DNA of 15,675 nucleotides from Octopus sinensis (Eukaryota): assembly GCF_006345805.1 (NCBI RefSeq), contig NW_021825383.1, forward strand, positions 1-15,675, given 5' to 3'. How positions within the stretch are numbered: position 1 is the stretch's first letter; each line of letters begins with the position of its first letter. The notes beneath the pieces are model-generated. The model was not told the DNA's origin and made no database searches. It worked only from the letters and a program-made list of their open reading frames with translations. Positions 1-8,839 of the stretch are shown piece after piece. The position numbers were made by a program, and so were the translations under genes.

Positions 1-6
1 GGTATG

Positions 7-87
7 TTTCCCAACTGCACAGTTTCGGGTTCATCTCCACTTTATGGTACCTTGAGAAAATGTATCTATTATAGCTCCGAAACAGAC
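7..87 (+). mobile_element. Old, diverged fragment of the tRNA-derived SINE head (same family as 1371-1781)
   Basis: ccaactgcacagtttcgggttcatctccactttatggtaccttgagaaaatgtatctattatagc aligns by eye with 1407-1472 (ccaaccacatggtcccaggttctgtcccactgtgtggcaccttgggcaagtgtcttctactatagc). Confidence 0.6.
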
Positions 88-225
88 AACAGACTTGCGA
101 GGGCATGTATGTATTTGAACATGCATTTCTGTGTGCAACAATGCATGTCATTGCATGTGTTTGAATTTTGGTATGTGTATAAATGCACATTTGTATCTCC
201 ACGGCGTATGTAGCATTATAGTCAT

Positions 226-643
226 GTACATACATACACACATACATACATACATACATACATACATACATCATACATACATATTACATCATACATACAT
301 CATACATACACACATACATACACACATACACACATACATACATACATGCATACATACATACATACACACATACACACATACATACATACATACATACATG
401 CATACATACATACATACATACATACACACATACATACACACATACACACATACATACATAATACATACATACATACATACATACATACACACATACACAC
501 ATCACATACATACACATCCTACATACATACATTCACACATACATCACATATACACACATACATACATACATACAAACATATATATATATTATATATATAT
601 ATAATATATATATATATATATGTATATATGTATATATATATAT
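226..643. repeat. Compound microsatellite (TACA/CA)n followed by (TA)n
   Basis: Read directly. It explains the HTYI and MYVC ORFs at 131-645. Confidence 0.97.
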
Positions 644-840
644 AGGGAGAGTTTACGAAAAAAGCAAAAGACGAAGACTGGTGGTGTGCAAAGCAAACAG
701 ATGTATTAGTATAACGCTCAGGAATAGAAAAAGTCTTTTACGTTTCGAGCCTACGCTCTTCTATAGAAAGGGACACAGAAAAAAAATGGAGAGAAACAAG
801 GAGAGAAAAAAATGTGTGTAGTGGCTAACGTTTCTGACCA
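644..840 (-). mobile_element. Penelope-like-element (PLE) terminal-repeat-type fragment or non-autonomous repeat
   Basis: Non-microsatellite insert starting directly after a (TA)n run. The minus strand contains GAAGAG-CGTAGG-CTC-GAAACGT, the hammerhead-type signature of PLE terminal repeats. No RT or GIY-YIG ORF is present. Boundaries are approximate. Confidence 0.5.
735..770 (-). ncRNA. Degenerate minimal type I hammerhead ribozyme-like motif
   Basis: Minus strand 5'-CUUU CUAUAGAA GAG CGUAGG CUC GAA ACGU A AAAG-3'. Stem I is CUUU/AAAG, stem II is GAG/CUC, stem III is the palindrome ACGU, and the cleavage triplet is GUA. The core CUAUAGAA has two substitutions relative to CUGANGA(A). Confidence 0.4.
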
Positions 841-971
841 TCAGCTGATAAACCGAACCTTGATTTTATTTTTAACTATCTTTTGTCCGAATATTTTTAG
901 AAATATACAATGTCAGTTGAAGAAAACGGTTTTTTTATATATTTCTTTTGTTTAAACAAAGTTGTATTCCA

Positions 972-1183
972 ATCTTAAATATACTCTCTTTTATTTTCTG
1001 CAATTCTCTTCCATCTCTCTGGTAGACTTTCAAGGCCCCTCTTCCAAAATTAACTTCTCTGTGACGACAAATACTCCTCCAGTACTGTTCTGACTTCCTC
1101 TATAGAGTTCATATCTTTTCGTCCAAATGATTTTGAAAACTGAAGAATAAATAATAATTAGATGGGAAAATGCCCGGTGGATA
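972..1183 (-). pseudogene. Mariner (Tc1/mariner) transposase C-terminal fragment, inactivated
   Basis: Manual minus-strand translation gives YPPGIFPSNYYLFFSFQNHLDE, then a 1-nt frameshift, then MNSIEEVRTVLEEYLSSQRS*FWKRGLESLPERWKRIAENKREYI*D. This matches the mariner YSPDLAPSDY motif and the C-terminal F..GI..L..RW...GEY pattern. It is absent from the ORF track because of stops. Confidence 0.8.
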
Positions 1184-1370
1184 AAATAGGTTTCCCGTAT
1201 GCGTGGGAAGCCCTACTTTCTCCGTCGAGGGCTTATATTGTCTATCATTAGACTGTTTTCTTTAGTCATTGCATCGTGATCGTATATGAGCTTTAAGCTT
1301 ATTAAATACTATTACTATTTACAGAATTGTAAAAATCGACACTGCTTAACAAAAATCATATATATGTATA

Positions 1371-1781
1371 GGTGTAGGAGTGGCTGTGTGGTAAGTAGTT
1401 TGCTTACCAACCACATGGTCCCAGGTTCTGTCCCACTGTGTGGCACCTTGGGCAAGTGTCTTCTACTATAGCCTTGGGCCGACCAAACCCTTGTGAGTTT
1501 ATTTGGTAGATGGAAACTGAAAGAAGCCCGTTGTATATATGTATATATATATATGTATGTTTGTGTTTGTGTGTCTGCGTTTGTCCTCCCAACATCGCTT
1601 GACAACCGATGCTGGTGTGTTTACGTCTCCGTAAGCTAGTGGTTCGGCAAAAGAGACTGATAGAATAAGTACTAGGTTTCTAAAGAATAAGTCCTGGGGT
1701 CGATTTGCTCGATTAAAAGGCGGTGCTCCAGCATGCCACAGTCAAATGACTGAAACAAGTAAAAGAGTGAAAGAGTAAAAG
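1371..1781 (+). mobile_element. Full-length tRNA-derived SINE (octopus OR-type-like)
   Basis: A-box-like tggctgtgtgg at 1381-1391 and B-box-like ggttctgtccc at 1424-1434. It has an internal (TA/TG)n tract, a body with ggggtcgat at 1696-1704, and an AAAGAGT-like short-repeat tail. Homologous end to end with 10534-11017 and 14535-14956. Confidence 0.92.
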
Positions 1782-1863
1782 ATATATATATATATATATA
1801 TATATCTATATATATATATATATATATAATATTATATATATATTTACATATAGATAGATAGAT
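1782..1863. repeat. (TA)n plus (GATA)n microsatellite
   Basis: Read directly, at the SINE tail. Confidence 0.95.
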
Positions 1864-2585
1864 AAAAATTAATTTAGGCAGCAGTAATCAATGTTTGCCA
1901 AAGAGGAAAACTATAAACGCCATTAAATATAACAGAGGGTGTTTGTTAGAAACACCTACATTGCAAGAAATAAGAGCTAAATGCTGCAATCAAAGCGCAT
2001 GCGCTGTTCCACTAATAGTCATTTGACTTGCTGCTGGGTGTGATATGAGGTTGATTGAGAAACAAAGTATCCCGTTGTCTACGTTTGCTGTGTTATTTGA
2101 ATCTGCTTTTTTAGAATAATTTCTTTGGTATAAATACTAATTAGTAGCTTTAAGTTATAACTAGTTTCCTCTTCTTTGTCGCTTATAGTAATAAGCTGTA
2201 GGATTCCCAGGCAGCGTTTATACTTTTAACGCTGTGGACAGCACCAGCTTGAAAGTTATTGCCCAGTAGTTGAAACCACAGTGATATCTGATTGGGCAGC
2301 TGATGATGGGTATACGCATACGCTATGCTCGATTGTGAACTTGTTACATCTTAGTCTAATTATTTTGGGTTCTCCTTCATCCTTGTATGGATTCATAGTT
2401 TGTGAGGATCACTTATTTTGGTAATCATTTGATTTTATTCTTAGGTAACCTAATTGATTTTAGACAATGCTTAAATATTGGTATCTAGTTTTAGCAGGTT
2501 CTGTAGCATATATAAATGTTTATGTATAAGCGTCTATTTGTATCCATGTATAATGTACATTTATAGATACATATATTGCTTGCAT

Positions 2586-2607
2586 ACACCCCACACGTAC
2601 ACACCTG

Positions 2608-2684
<77 letters not shown>

Positions 2685-2753
2685 CATGCATTATGTATGT
2701 ATGTATGTATGTATGTATGTATGTATGTATGTATGTATGTATGTATGTATGTA
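2586..2753. repeat. (CA)/(TA)n/(TGTA)n compound microsatellite
   Basis: Read directly. It explains the ORFs at 2478-2974. Confidence 0.96.
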
Positions 2754-3010
2754 TTCGAAACGCAGAGTAGATGAAACCATGGTATCTGAAAAAGGGGAAT
2801 TTTCCTTGTGTTATTTGTCCTGTACTCTATCTTTTCGTTGTTTAAGAAAAATGTCCAATTCCTTGGTTTTGTGTTTATGTTTTCGTTTCTCATTGTGTTC
2901 GACGTTTTATTATTTTTTTGTGTCCTGTACCCATATATGCATGTATATATACATGTAGAGGTAGGTACGTACATGTATGTATGTATATATGCATGTGTTT
3001 TATTTATTAA

Positions 3011-3646
3011 CTAGCAGTATCGCCCGGCGTTGCTCGGGTTTGTAAGGGAAATAACTATATAAGCATTTTTAGAGAGTTATAGCAAAAAAATAGCAAAAAA
3101 TGCATTAAAAATGGAAAAAATATGATGGTAAATTTTTTTTAAATCGTTGACTCATCGTAGACATTTTTAGAGAGTTACTTCCCTTATATAATAGCGAAAA
3201 AATGCATTAAAATGGAAAAAAAACGATGGTAAATTTTTTTTTAAATCGTAGACTCATGTAGACGCTTTCTTAGCCATTTCTGTTTTGGTGTCTTCAAGCC
3301 ATGAAGTCGTTGTTCTAAAAGAACACTGGTCTCCTTGACAACGCATTACGACGTTGATTTCCTTACACTCCCTTCCCCACAGGTGCAGGTGTGAGCGTGG
3401 ACGCCAACTCCGCCGCCATCGACACACGAAAAATTATGCATTAAAATGGAATAAAAAATGATGTTAAATTATTTTTTAAATCGTAGACTCATCGTAGACG
3501 CGCGCTAATATTCAGACGGGCTCGATATGAATCACGACTATAAGCTACCTGAATTTGGTTAAACTGCACCGCAAAATGTGGGAGTAGTTAGGAATCTAAA
3601 TCGAAGGGGACAGCCACTCACACAACTACAGTTTTATATATATAGA
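3011..3646 (-). mobile_element. Non-autonomous Helitron (636 bp) with both termini
   Basis: Minus-strand 5' end A|TCTATATATATAAAAC (TC at 3646-3645) and 3' end CTAG|T (3014-3011). A GC-rich bulged hairpin cccgagcaacgccggg (3023-3038) sits 8 nt from the CTAG. Inserted between A and T with no TSD. No Rep/helicase ORF. Confidence 0.85.
3064..3499. repeat. Internal repeats of the Helitron (three ~63-nt copies)
   Basis: atgcattaaaatgg...ttaaatcgtagactcatcgtagac at 3100-3162, 3202-3263 and 3436-3499. catttttagagagtta occurs at 3064 and 3162 (98-bp period). Confidence 0.9.
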
Positions 3647-3667
3647 TATACATAGCGCAGTAGTGGT

Positions 3668-4018
3668 GAGATGTGACAGCAAAGAAAAGCATACATTCAC
3701 TCTCTGCATGCAATTAGACTCGGAAAGTTCGTGAGGAACCCATTGACCCAATTTGCTGACTTTTCCGATAGCACACAGGTGTCAATGAATGGTTGAATGA
3801 CCAAATCCAAGCTTCTCTGCTAGTTCCTCAACAGCTACGATGAGATTTTGTTCCACCAGGGTTTTCAGGATGTCCTTGTCGAGTTCTACAGATCTTTCAG
3901 GATGAGGCTCGTCTTCTAGGCTGTAGTTTATGGCTCGGGATTTCTGGAACCACCATTGACACTGCCTTACGCTTATTGTCCAATCCCCATATACTGCATT
4001 AATATTTCTTGTACTTTG
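3668..4018 (-). pseudogene. Mariner transposase N-terminal DNA-binding (HTH) fragment, inactivated
   Basis: QSTRNINAVYGDWTISVRQCQWWFQKSRAINYSLEDEPHPERSVELDKDILKTLVEQNLIVAVEELAEKLGFGHSTIH*HLCAIGKVSKLGQWVPHELSESNCMQRVNVCFSLLSHL. The mariner WVPHEL linker is at 3725-3742, and an in-frame TGA at 3782-3784 is consistent with CGA>TGA. Truncated before the DD34D domain. Confidence 0.92.
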
Positions 4019-4082
4019 CACACATTTATATTCTGTTATTCTTTTATATGTTTCAGCCTTGAGGTTGTGGCCATGCTGGATC

Positions 4083-4334
4083 ATGTGTGTGTGTGTGTGT
4101 CTATCTGTCTGTCTGTCTGTATGTATATATGTATATGTATGTGTGTGAACAATAATATTTTCAACAGATGTGTTGCAAATGTATCTGATTGTTCTCAAGC
4201 TTCAATACTGTGTGTGTGTATGTGTGTGTGTGTATGTATGTATGTATATGTATGTATGTATGTATATGTATATGTATGTATGTATGTATGTATGTGTGTA
4301 TGTATGTATGTGTGTGTATGTATGTGTGTGTGTA

Positions 4335-4383
<49 letters not shown>

Positions 4384-4411
4384 GTATGTATGTATGTATG
4401 TATGAGTGTAT
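4083..4411. repeat. (TG)n/(TCTG)/(TGTA)n microsatellites (4083-4146 and 4208-4411)
   Basis: Read directly. Confidence 0.96.
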
Positions 4412-4455
4412 GTTTACTTTATTACTAACACAAGCCACTACGGTTATTTAATGAA

Positions 4456-4589
4456 AGTCTTCCTCAAATCACTCTCTTCCAAGAACATTTTCACTCACTC
4501 TTAGCTCTTAGCTTCCCATACATTTTACTCATGTATCTATCAGCGTCATAGACAGAATACTTTCACTTTAGTCTTCCTCAAATCACTCT
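4456..4589. repeat. Perfect 20-bp direct repeat flanking 94 bp
   Basis: agtcttcctcaaatcactct at 4456-4475 and 4570-4589. Confidence 0.9.
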
Positions 4590-4915
4590 GTCGCTATTTA
4601 CTTTCATTTTATTCGTTGCCCACTGTGTGTGTATTTTGCGTGTGGTGTAAACCAGACTAAGAAAAGCATTTGACACACACACCAGAATGTGAGTTTTCTG
4701 TAAATTTTGCTTAATTGGAGTTTAAATTTAAAAAACTGGACCTGGCATGACGCGATGCATTGTACTCTTAAAAATGCTAGGTAAATTGTAATTGAAGAAA
4801 TCCTATATTGTAGATTTGTATAACTCCCAAAGGGAGGCAGATAAAATCTGCCTTTTATAATAAGAGATTTATTATATGACGGAACGCACGCATCCATTTC
4901 TAAGTAAGATTGTTC

Positions 4916-5012
4916 TATATATATATATATATATATGAGTGTGTGGTGTGTGTGTGTGTGTGTGTGCGTGTGTATAAATGTATATTTATATGCATATATA
5001 TATATATATACA
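4916..5012. repeat. (TA)n/(TG)n microsatellite
   Basis: Read directly. Confidence 0.95.
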
Positions 5013-5109
5013 TCCATATATGTAGAGTAATCGTCAGTAATATTTTTGAGGCGGGAAAGTATTGAAAAAAGTTTATGTTTTGCATTAAAAGACAAAACAA
5101 TACTACCCT

Positions 5110-5637
5110 CCACCACCGACACCACCACCACCAATACCGCCACCGCCAACAACAACAACAACATCGGCAACATTATGAGGATCCATAAAGTCTTTTACAA
5201 GTTAATCTATATGAAGTTCACAGCCCATTGCCGAGCGACAAACTTCCGGTTGGAGGAGGGCACGAGACAGCCCTTTTCCATTCGCTCCGATGCCACCATT
5301 TCTCTGCACCATTTCTTCCCAAAGAATATCTCATCTTTTTTTCTTAAGAAAGCCGAATTGTTTGTACTGTAGAGGTCGCTGCCATCGCCACCGCTGCTGC
5401 TACTGCTGCTGCTGCTGCTGCTGTTGATGGCTTTGAGGATAATAATATCGATTATTGTTGTTGATGTTGATATTGTTATCATTTCTTCTTCTTCTTCTTC
5501 TTCTTCTTCTTCTTCTTCTTCTCTTTCTTATTATTATCGTTATTAATTTTAAAAAATTATCGTTATAAAAAATGATCATCAATGTTTATCAAAATCATCA
5601 TAATCTTCATCATCATCACCACCACACCACCACCACT

Positions 5638-5694
<57 letters not shown>

Positions 5695-5865
5695 GTCATC
5701 ATCTTCCCAACCACCACCACCACACAATCATCATAATCATGACCATCATCATCATCATCATCATCATCATTATCATCATCTTCATCATCATCTTCTCAAC
5801 CACCACCACCACCACCACCATCATCATCATCACCATCATCACCGTCACCAACTTCATCGCCATCA
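5110..5865. repeat. Trinucleotide-repeat cluster: (ACC/AAC)n 5110-5165, (CTG)n ~5390-5424, (TTC)n ~5484-5524, (CAT/CAC)n ~5586-5865
   Basis: Read directly. It produces the poly-S/H/Q/R/I/T ORFs. A unique ~220-bp core lies at 5170-5385. Confidence 0.93.
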
Positions 5866-6024
5866 TTGTTTTTATTTCATCTCCGTTCGCTCCATCTTTC
5901 CCCCAAATGTTATCTCCGTCGTTCCGTTTTTAATGTTTCGGTTGTGATCTTAAATTTGTTCTGGTTCATCTCCGCTAATTCTCCTTCCCCTCTATTCCCC
6001 ACCCCACCACCTCCTACACCATCT

Positions 6025-6037
6025 CCCTCTCTCTCTC

Positions 6038-6071
<34 letters not shown>

Positions 6072-6427
6072 CGTCTCGGCATTCAAGCTACACTACCACC
6101 TCCCCCACCACTTCATTCCGCCATTATTGTCCTCTAACCTTAAATCTCCTTCTTTTCTTCTCCCTCGCTGCGTCCTTCCCATCGCCACCGCCATGTTTCC
6201 AAACGATCATCTCTCTCACCTCTCTCATTATACACACGTGTGTGTGTGTGTTTGAGTGTACACACACACACACACACACACACGCACATACACACATACA
6301 CACACACACACAGTTATATCTGCGTGTGTATGTGTAAATATATTTTATATATATATATATAACTATATATAGGTATATAAAAATATAAATATATAAATAT
6401 AAATATAATCTATAAGCTTATTGTATA

Positions 6428-6477
<50 letters not shown>

Positions 6478-6621
6478 CATACATTTATATGTAAATATAT
6501 ATACATTTGCATAAATATACATATTATATATGTGCGTTTGTGTGCGCGTGACTGTATTTGTGTGTATGTATTTATGTATGTATGTATCTATCTATCTACA
6601 CACACGCACACACACACACAC

Positions 6622-6660
<39 letters not shown>

Positions 6661-6670
6661 CACACGCATA
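6025..6670. repeat. (CT)n 6025-6071 and mixed (TG)/(CA)/(TA) microsatellites 6231-6670
   Basis: Read directly. Confidence 0.94.
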
Positions 6671-6941
6671 TTTAAGCAAAAATGAGCTGAGAGTTAACTT
6701 AGAGTGTTCAGTTGCGCGTACTTGAATGACTTAGAGAAATACAGGTATATCAAATGTTACAGAACATAAATTCACGATTTATTAAAATTGATTCCACCTC
6801 CAGAAGTTGTATCGTAATTAGCAAATAGTAATTAAAACTATCTTCACTTAAAAGGTGGCGCAATCTTAAGAATCATGAATTCTCCAAAGCTGACATGCTA
6901 TAAGAAAAAGAAGAAGCTTATTCTCTGAGGAAACAATATAG

Positions 6942-7050
6942 ACGTAATTACGTGTTTCTGCATTAATAGGCGTCATCCGCACGATGGCTGTCCGGCCTTG
7001 TTCACTGTAGCCAATGGACTTCGACTTATATAAGCTCAAGTAATTTGCAT
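6942..7050 (+). promoter_or_regulatory. Candidate cis-regulatory cluster (bZIP-like palindrome, CCAAT, TATA, octamer)
   Basis: ACGTAATTACGT palindrome at 6942-6953, CCAAT at 7011-7015, TATATAAG at 7027-7034, and ATTTGCAT at 7043-7050. Motif match only; no linked gene is seen. Confidence 0.25.
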
Positions 7051-7332
7051 AATTTAAACAAGCATAGGTTAAAAGAAATAACTCAGAGTACTTCGATGCA
7101 TGCATATGAATAACACAGACAAATATCTGCGCCACGAAATAAGGATTTCCAATTCTGGCACAGTTATAACGTATCATTCGGAAATGGGCCTCCGGAATTG
7201 CTGCCTTGGAGGCTTGCCCCCCCCCCCCAGAGCTTGTAATAAATTATATTTTCATGTGGGGACCCTCAAGGGTATTGTTAAATGGATGACGTATTCAGTC
7301 TACCGCCCCAGATAAAAAGGGACGATCTGGCG

Positions 7333-7413
7333 GACGGACTCCCGTAGTTTTCTTTCTTCAAATTTCCTTCACAAGGTTTTGGTGTCTAAATGTCCACGCA
7401 GTGGAATCGTACC
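7333..7413 (-). mobile_element. Highly diverged, internally deleted remnant of the OR-type SINE
   Basis: gacggactcccgtagttttctttcttcaaatttccttcacaaggttttggt aligns with gacgggcttctttcagtttccgtctaccaaatccactcacaagg of the intact copies. It is followed by ccacgcagtggaatcgtacc, which resembles ccacgcagtggaactgaacc. Confidence 0.45.
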
Positions 7414-7454
7414 TTTATGTAATTACCTGCGAACACCTGGAACCAAAACTGTGC

Positions 7455-8830
7455 TCAAGTATTTTGTTAAAACTTAACAGGGACTAAATTACGAGTGGTA
7501 CTGAGTGAAAGATTATATCAACTCTTGCCATGAGACGTGGAAAATATTTTACAAACAGATTAAAGCTATAGAGTATTTTTGTAACATCTAACGAAATGAA
7601 GGGCAGCATTTAACGAGGCTAAGGTAGTACTTCGGTATTTTAGTAACAACAAACAAATTTCTGCCTCACTCCTCTGCCGTGTTCGTAAACACTGAACGAA
7701 GAGTTGATTTGGACCTAACAAAGGAGGGAAAATATTTCTGCATATTTTTGATAATATCAAAAACTCAAATCCTTCTGCATCACCCCACCACTACCTTTAT
7801 ATAAACCTCTAAAGAAGGGAAGTACCCCCTTATAATAGCGGTAAAAACCTTTGGTAATTTCGGCAAAAACAAAGTCTCCCCTCCCTTCCAAACCATTCGG
7901 CCTTACTTTATTATCATGTAAGCATCTAACAAAATGAAGATTAGCACATAACGCGGGCGTGAAAGTATTGCGGTGTATTGTAGTAACAAAAATTAAAGCC
8001 CCAAATAATTCAAACTCACCCCAAATTCGTGCAAACACGCAACCAAGCCCAGTAACATCTAACAAAAGCGAATAATAACATTTCGGTGCATTTGATAACA
8101 ATAAATGTATGACGTTACTCACCAGTACACTTATTTTGTAATAACTTATCAGAAATTCAAGAAGCGTCGAAGTATTTCGATATATTTGGGTAACAAAAAA
8201 TAAGGCCCAGATAAACATAAACATCAAACGAAATGAAGCAGCGCCCACTGAGGACAAAATGAAGGCCCTGAAAATTTAAGCCCCACTCCATTTTCGTGTA
8301 AACGTAACGAAGTAAGGAACCACCGAACGAGGGCGGTGAAGTATTTCAGGATACTTTTGCTAACAGCAAACAAAACACCAAACCATTTGAACTCACCCCG
8401 CACTTTCAAATAAACCTCTTAAAACTTGAAGTAGCATCTAAGCGTTTCGGTGTAATTTGGTAACCTCAGACAAGATACCAAGCCATTCGAACTCACCAAC
8501 ACTTTTAAATAAACATCTAAATGATTGAAGTAGCATCTAACGAGGGTGGACAAGTATTTCGGTGTATTTTGGCAAGAACAAACGGCACCAGGCCATTCGG
8601 ACTCACGCCGCACTTTCAAATAAACATCTGAAGGATTGAAGTATCATCTAACGAGGGCGGACAAGTACTTCGGTGTATTTTGGTAACAACAAACAGGGCC
8701 CAAATGATTCAGCCTCACCTATATCACCACAACCAATTTGTCATAACACCTAAACAACCGAAGTTACGCCTAACAAGGGCGGAAAAAAGAAAAACGCATT
8801 TCGGAATATTTCGGTAATAACAATATACGT
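7455..8830. repeat. Degenerate tandem array (minisatellite/satellite) of a ~111-bp unit, about 12 copies
   Basis: Block gtatttcggtgtattttggtaacaa recurs, with variation, at ~7459, 7627, 7732, 7846, 7965, 8078, 8172, 8341, 8442, 8554, 8665 and 8796. The period is exactly 111 bp between 8527 and 8638. 8371-8440 vs 8581-8650 match at 55/70 positions ungapped. Confidence 0.85.
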
Positions 8831-8839
8831 ACCATCTAA

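Noticed and set aside
131-645. Long ORFs (HTYI/MYVC repeats), and equivalents at 2478-2974, 4170-4451, 9017-9918 and 13235-13798
   Set aside because: Pure translations of tetra- and dinucleotide microsatellites, open on both strands in several frames.
1192-1234. Two overlapping hairpins (ttccc/gggaa and aagccct/agggctt)
   Set aside because: Stems of 5-7 bp are expected by chance, and there is no supporting context.
1371-1445. tRNA genes at SINE heads (also 10920-11017, 11590-11667 and 14895-14956)
   Set aside because: A and B boxes are present but there is no complete cloverleaf, and they continue into SINE bodies.
4604-5173. 189-aa minus-strand ORF with a signal-peptide-like N-terminus (MLPMLLLLLAVAVLVVVV)
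   Set aside because: The hydrophobic stretch is the (TTG/GTG)n microsatellite, and the ORF runs through (CA)n/(TA)n tracts. No domain is recognisable.
5400-5947. Poly-Q/R/S/H ORFs suggesting a low-complexity transcription factor
   Set aside because: The frames are interrupted by stops, there is no globular domain or clear splice structure, and all six frames give homopolymers.
6184-6255. Kozak-like gccaccgccATG start
   Set aside because: The ORF is only 20 codons, runs into (TG)n, and has no convincing donor.
7757-8619. 37-aa repeat protein encoded by the 111-bp unit (minus-strand ORFs 7757-8257, 8224-8409, 8419-8619)
   Set aside because: One consensus frame is open, but units shift frame internally (e.g. 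1-nt and 11-nt deletions in 8440-8539) and a TGA interrupts the 8638 unit. The frame is not preserved.
7455-8830. CRISPR-like repeat-spacer array
   Set aside because: Eukaryotic context with no cas genes. The variable segments are homologous to one another and the repeats are only ~60-80% identical.
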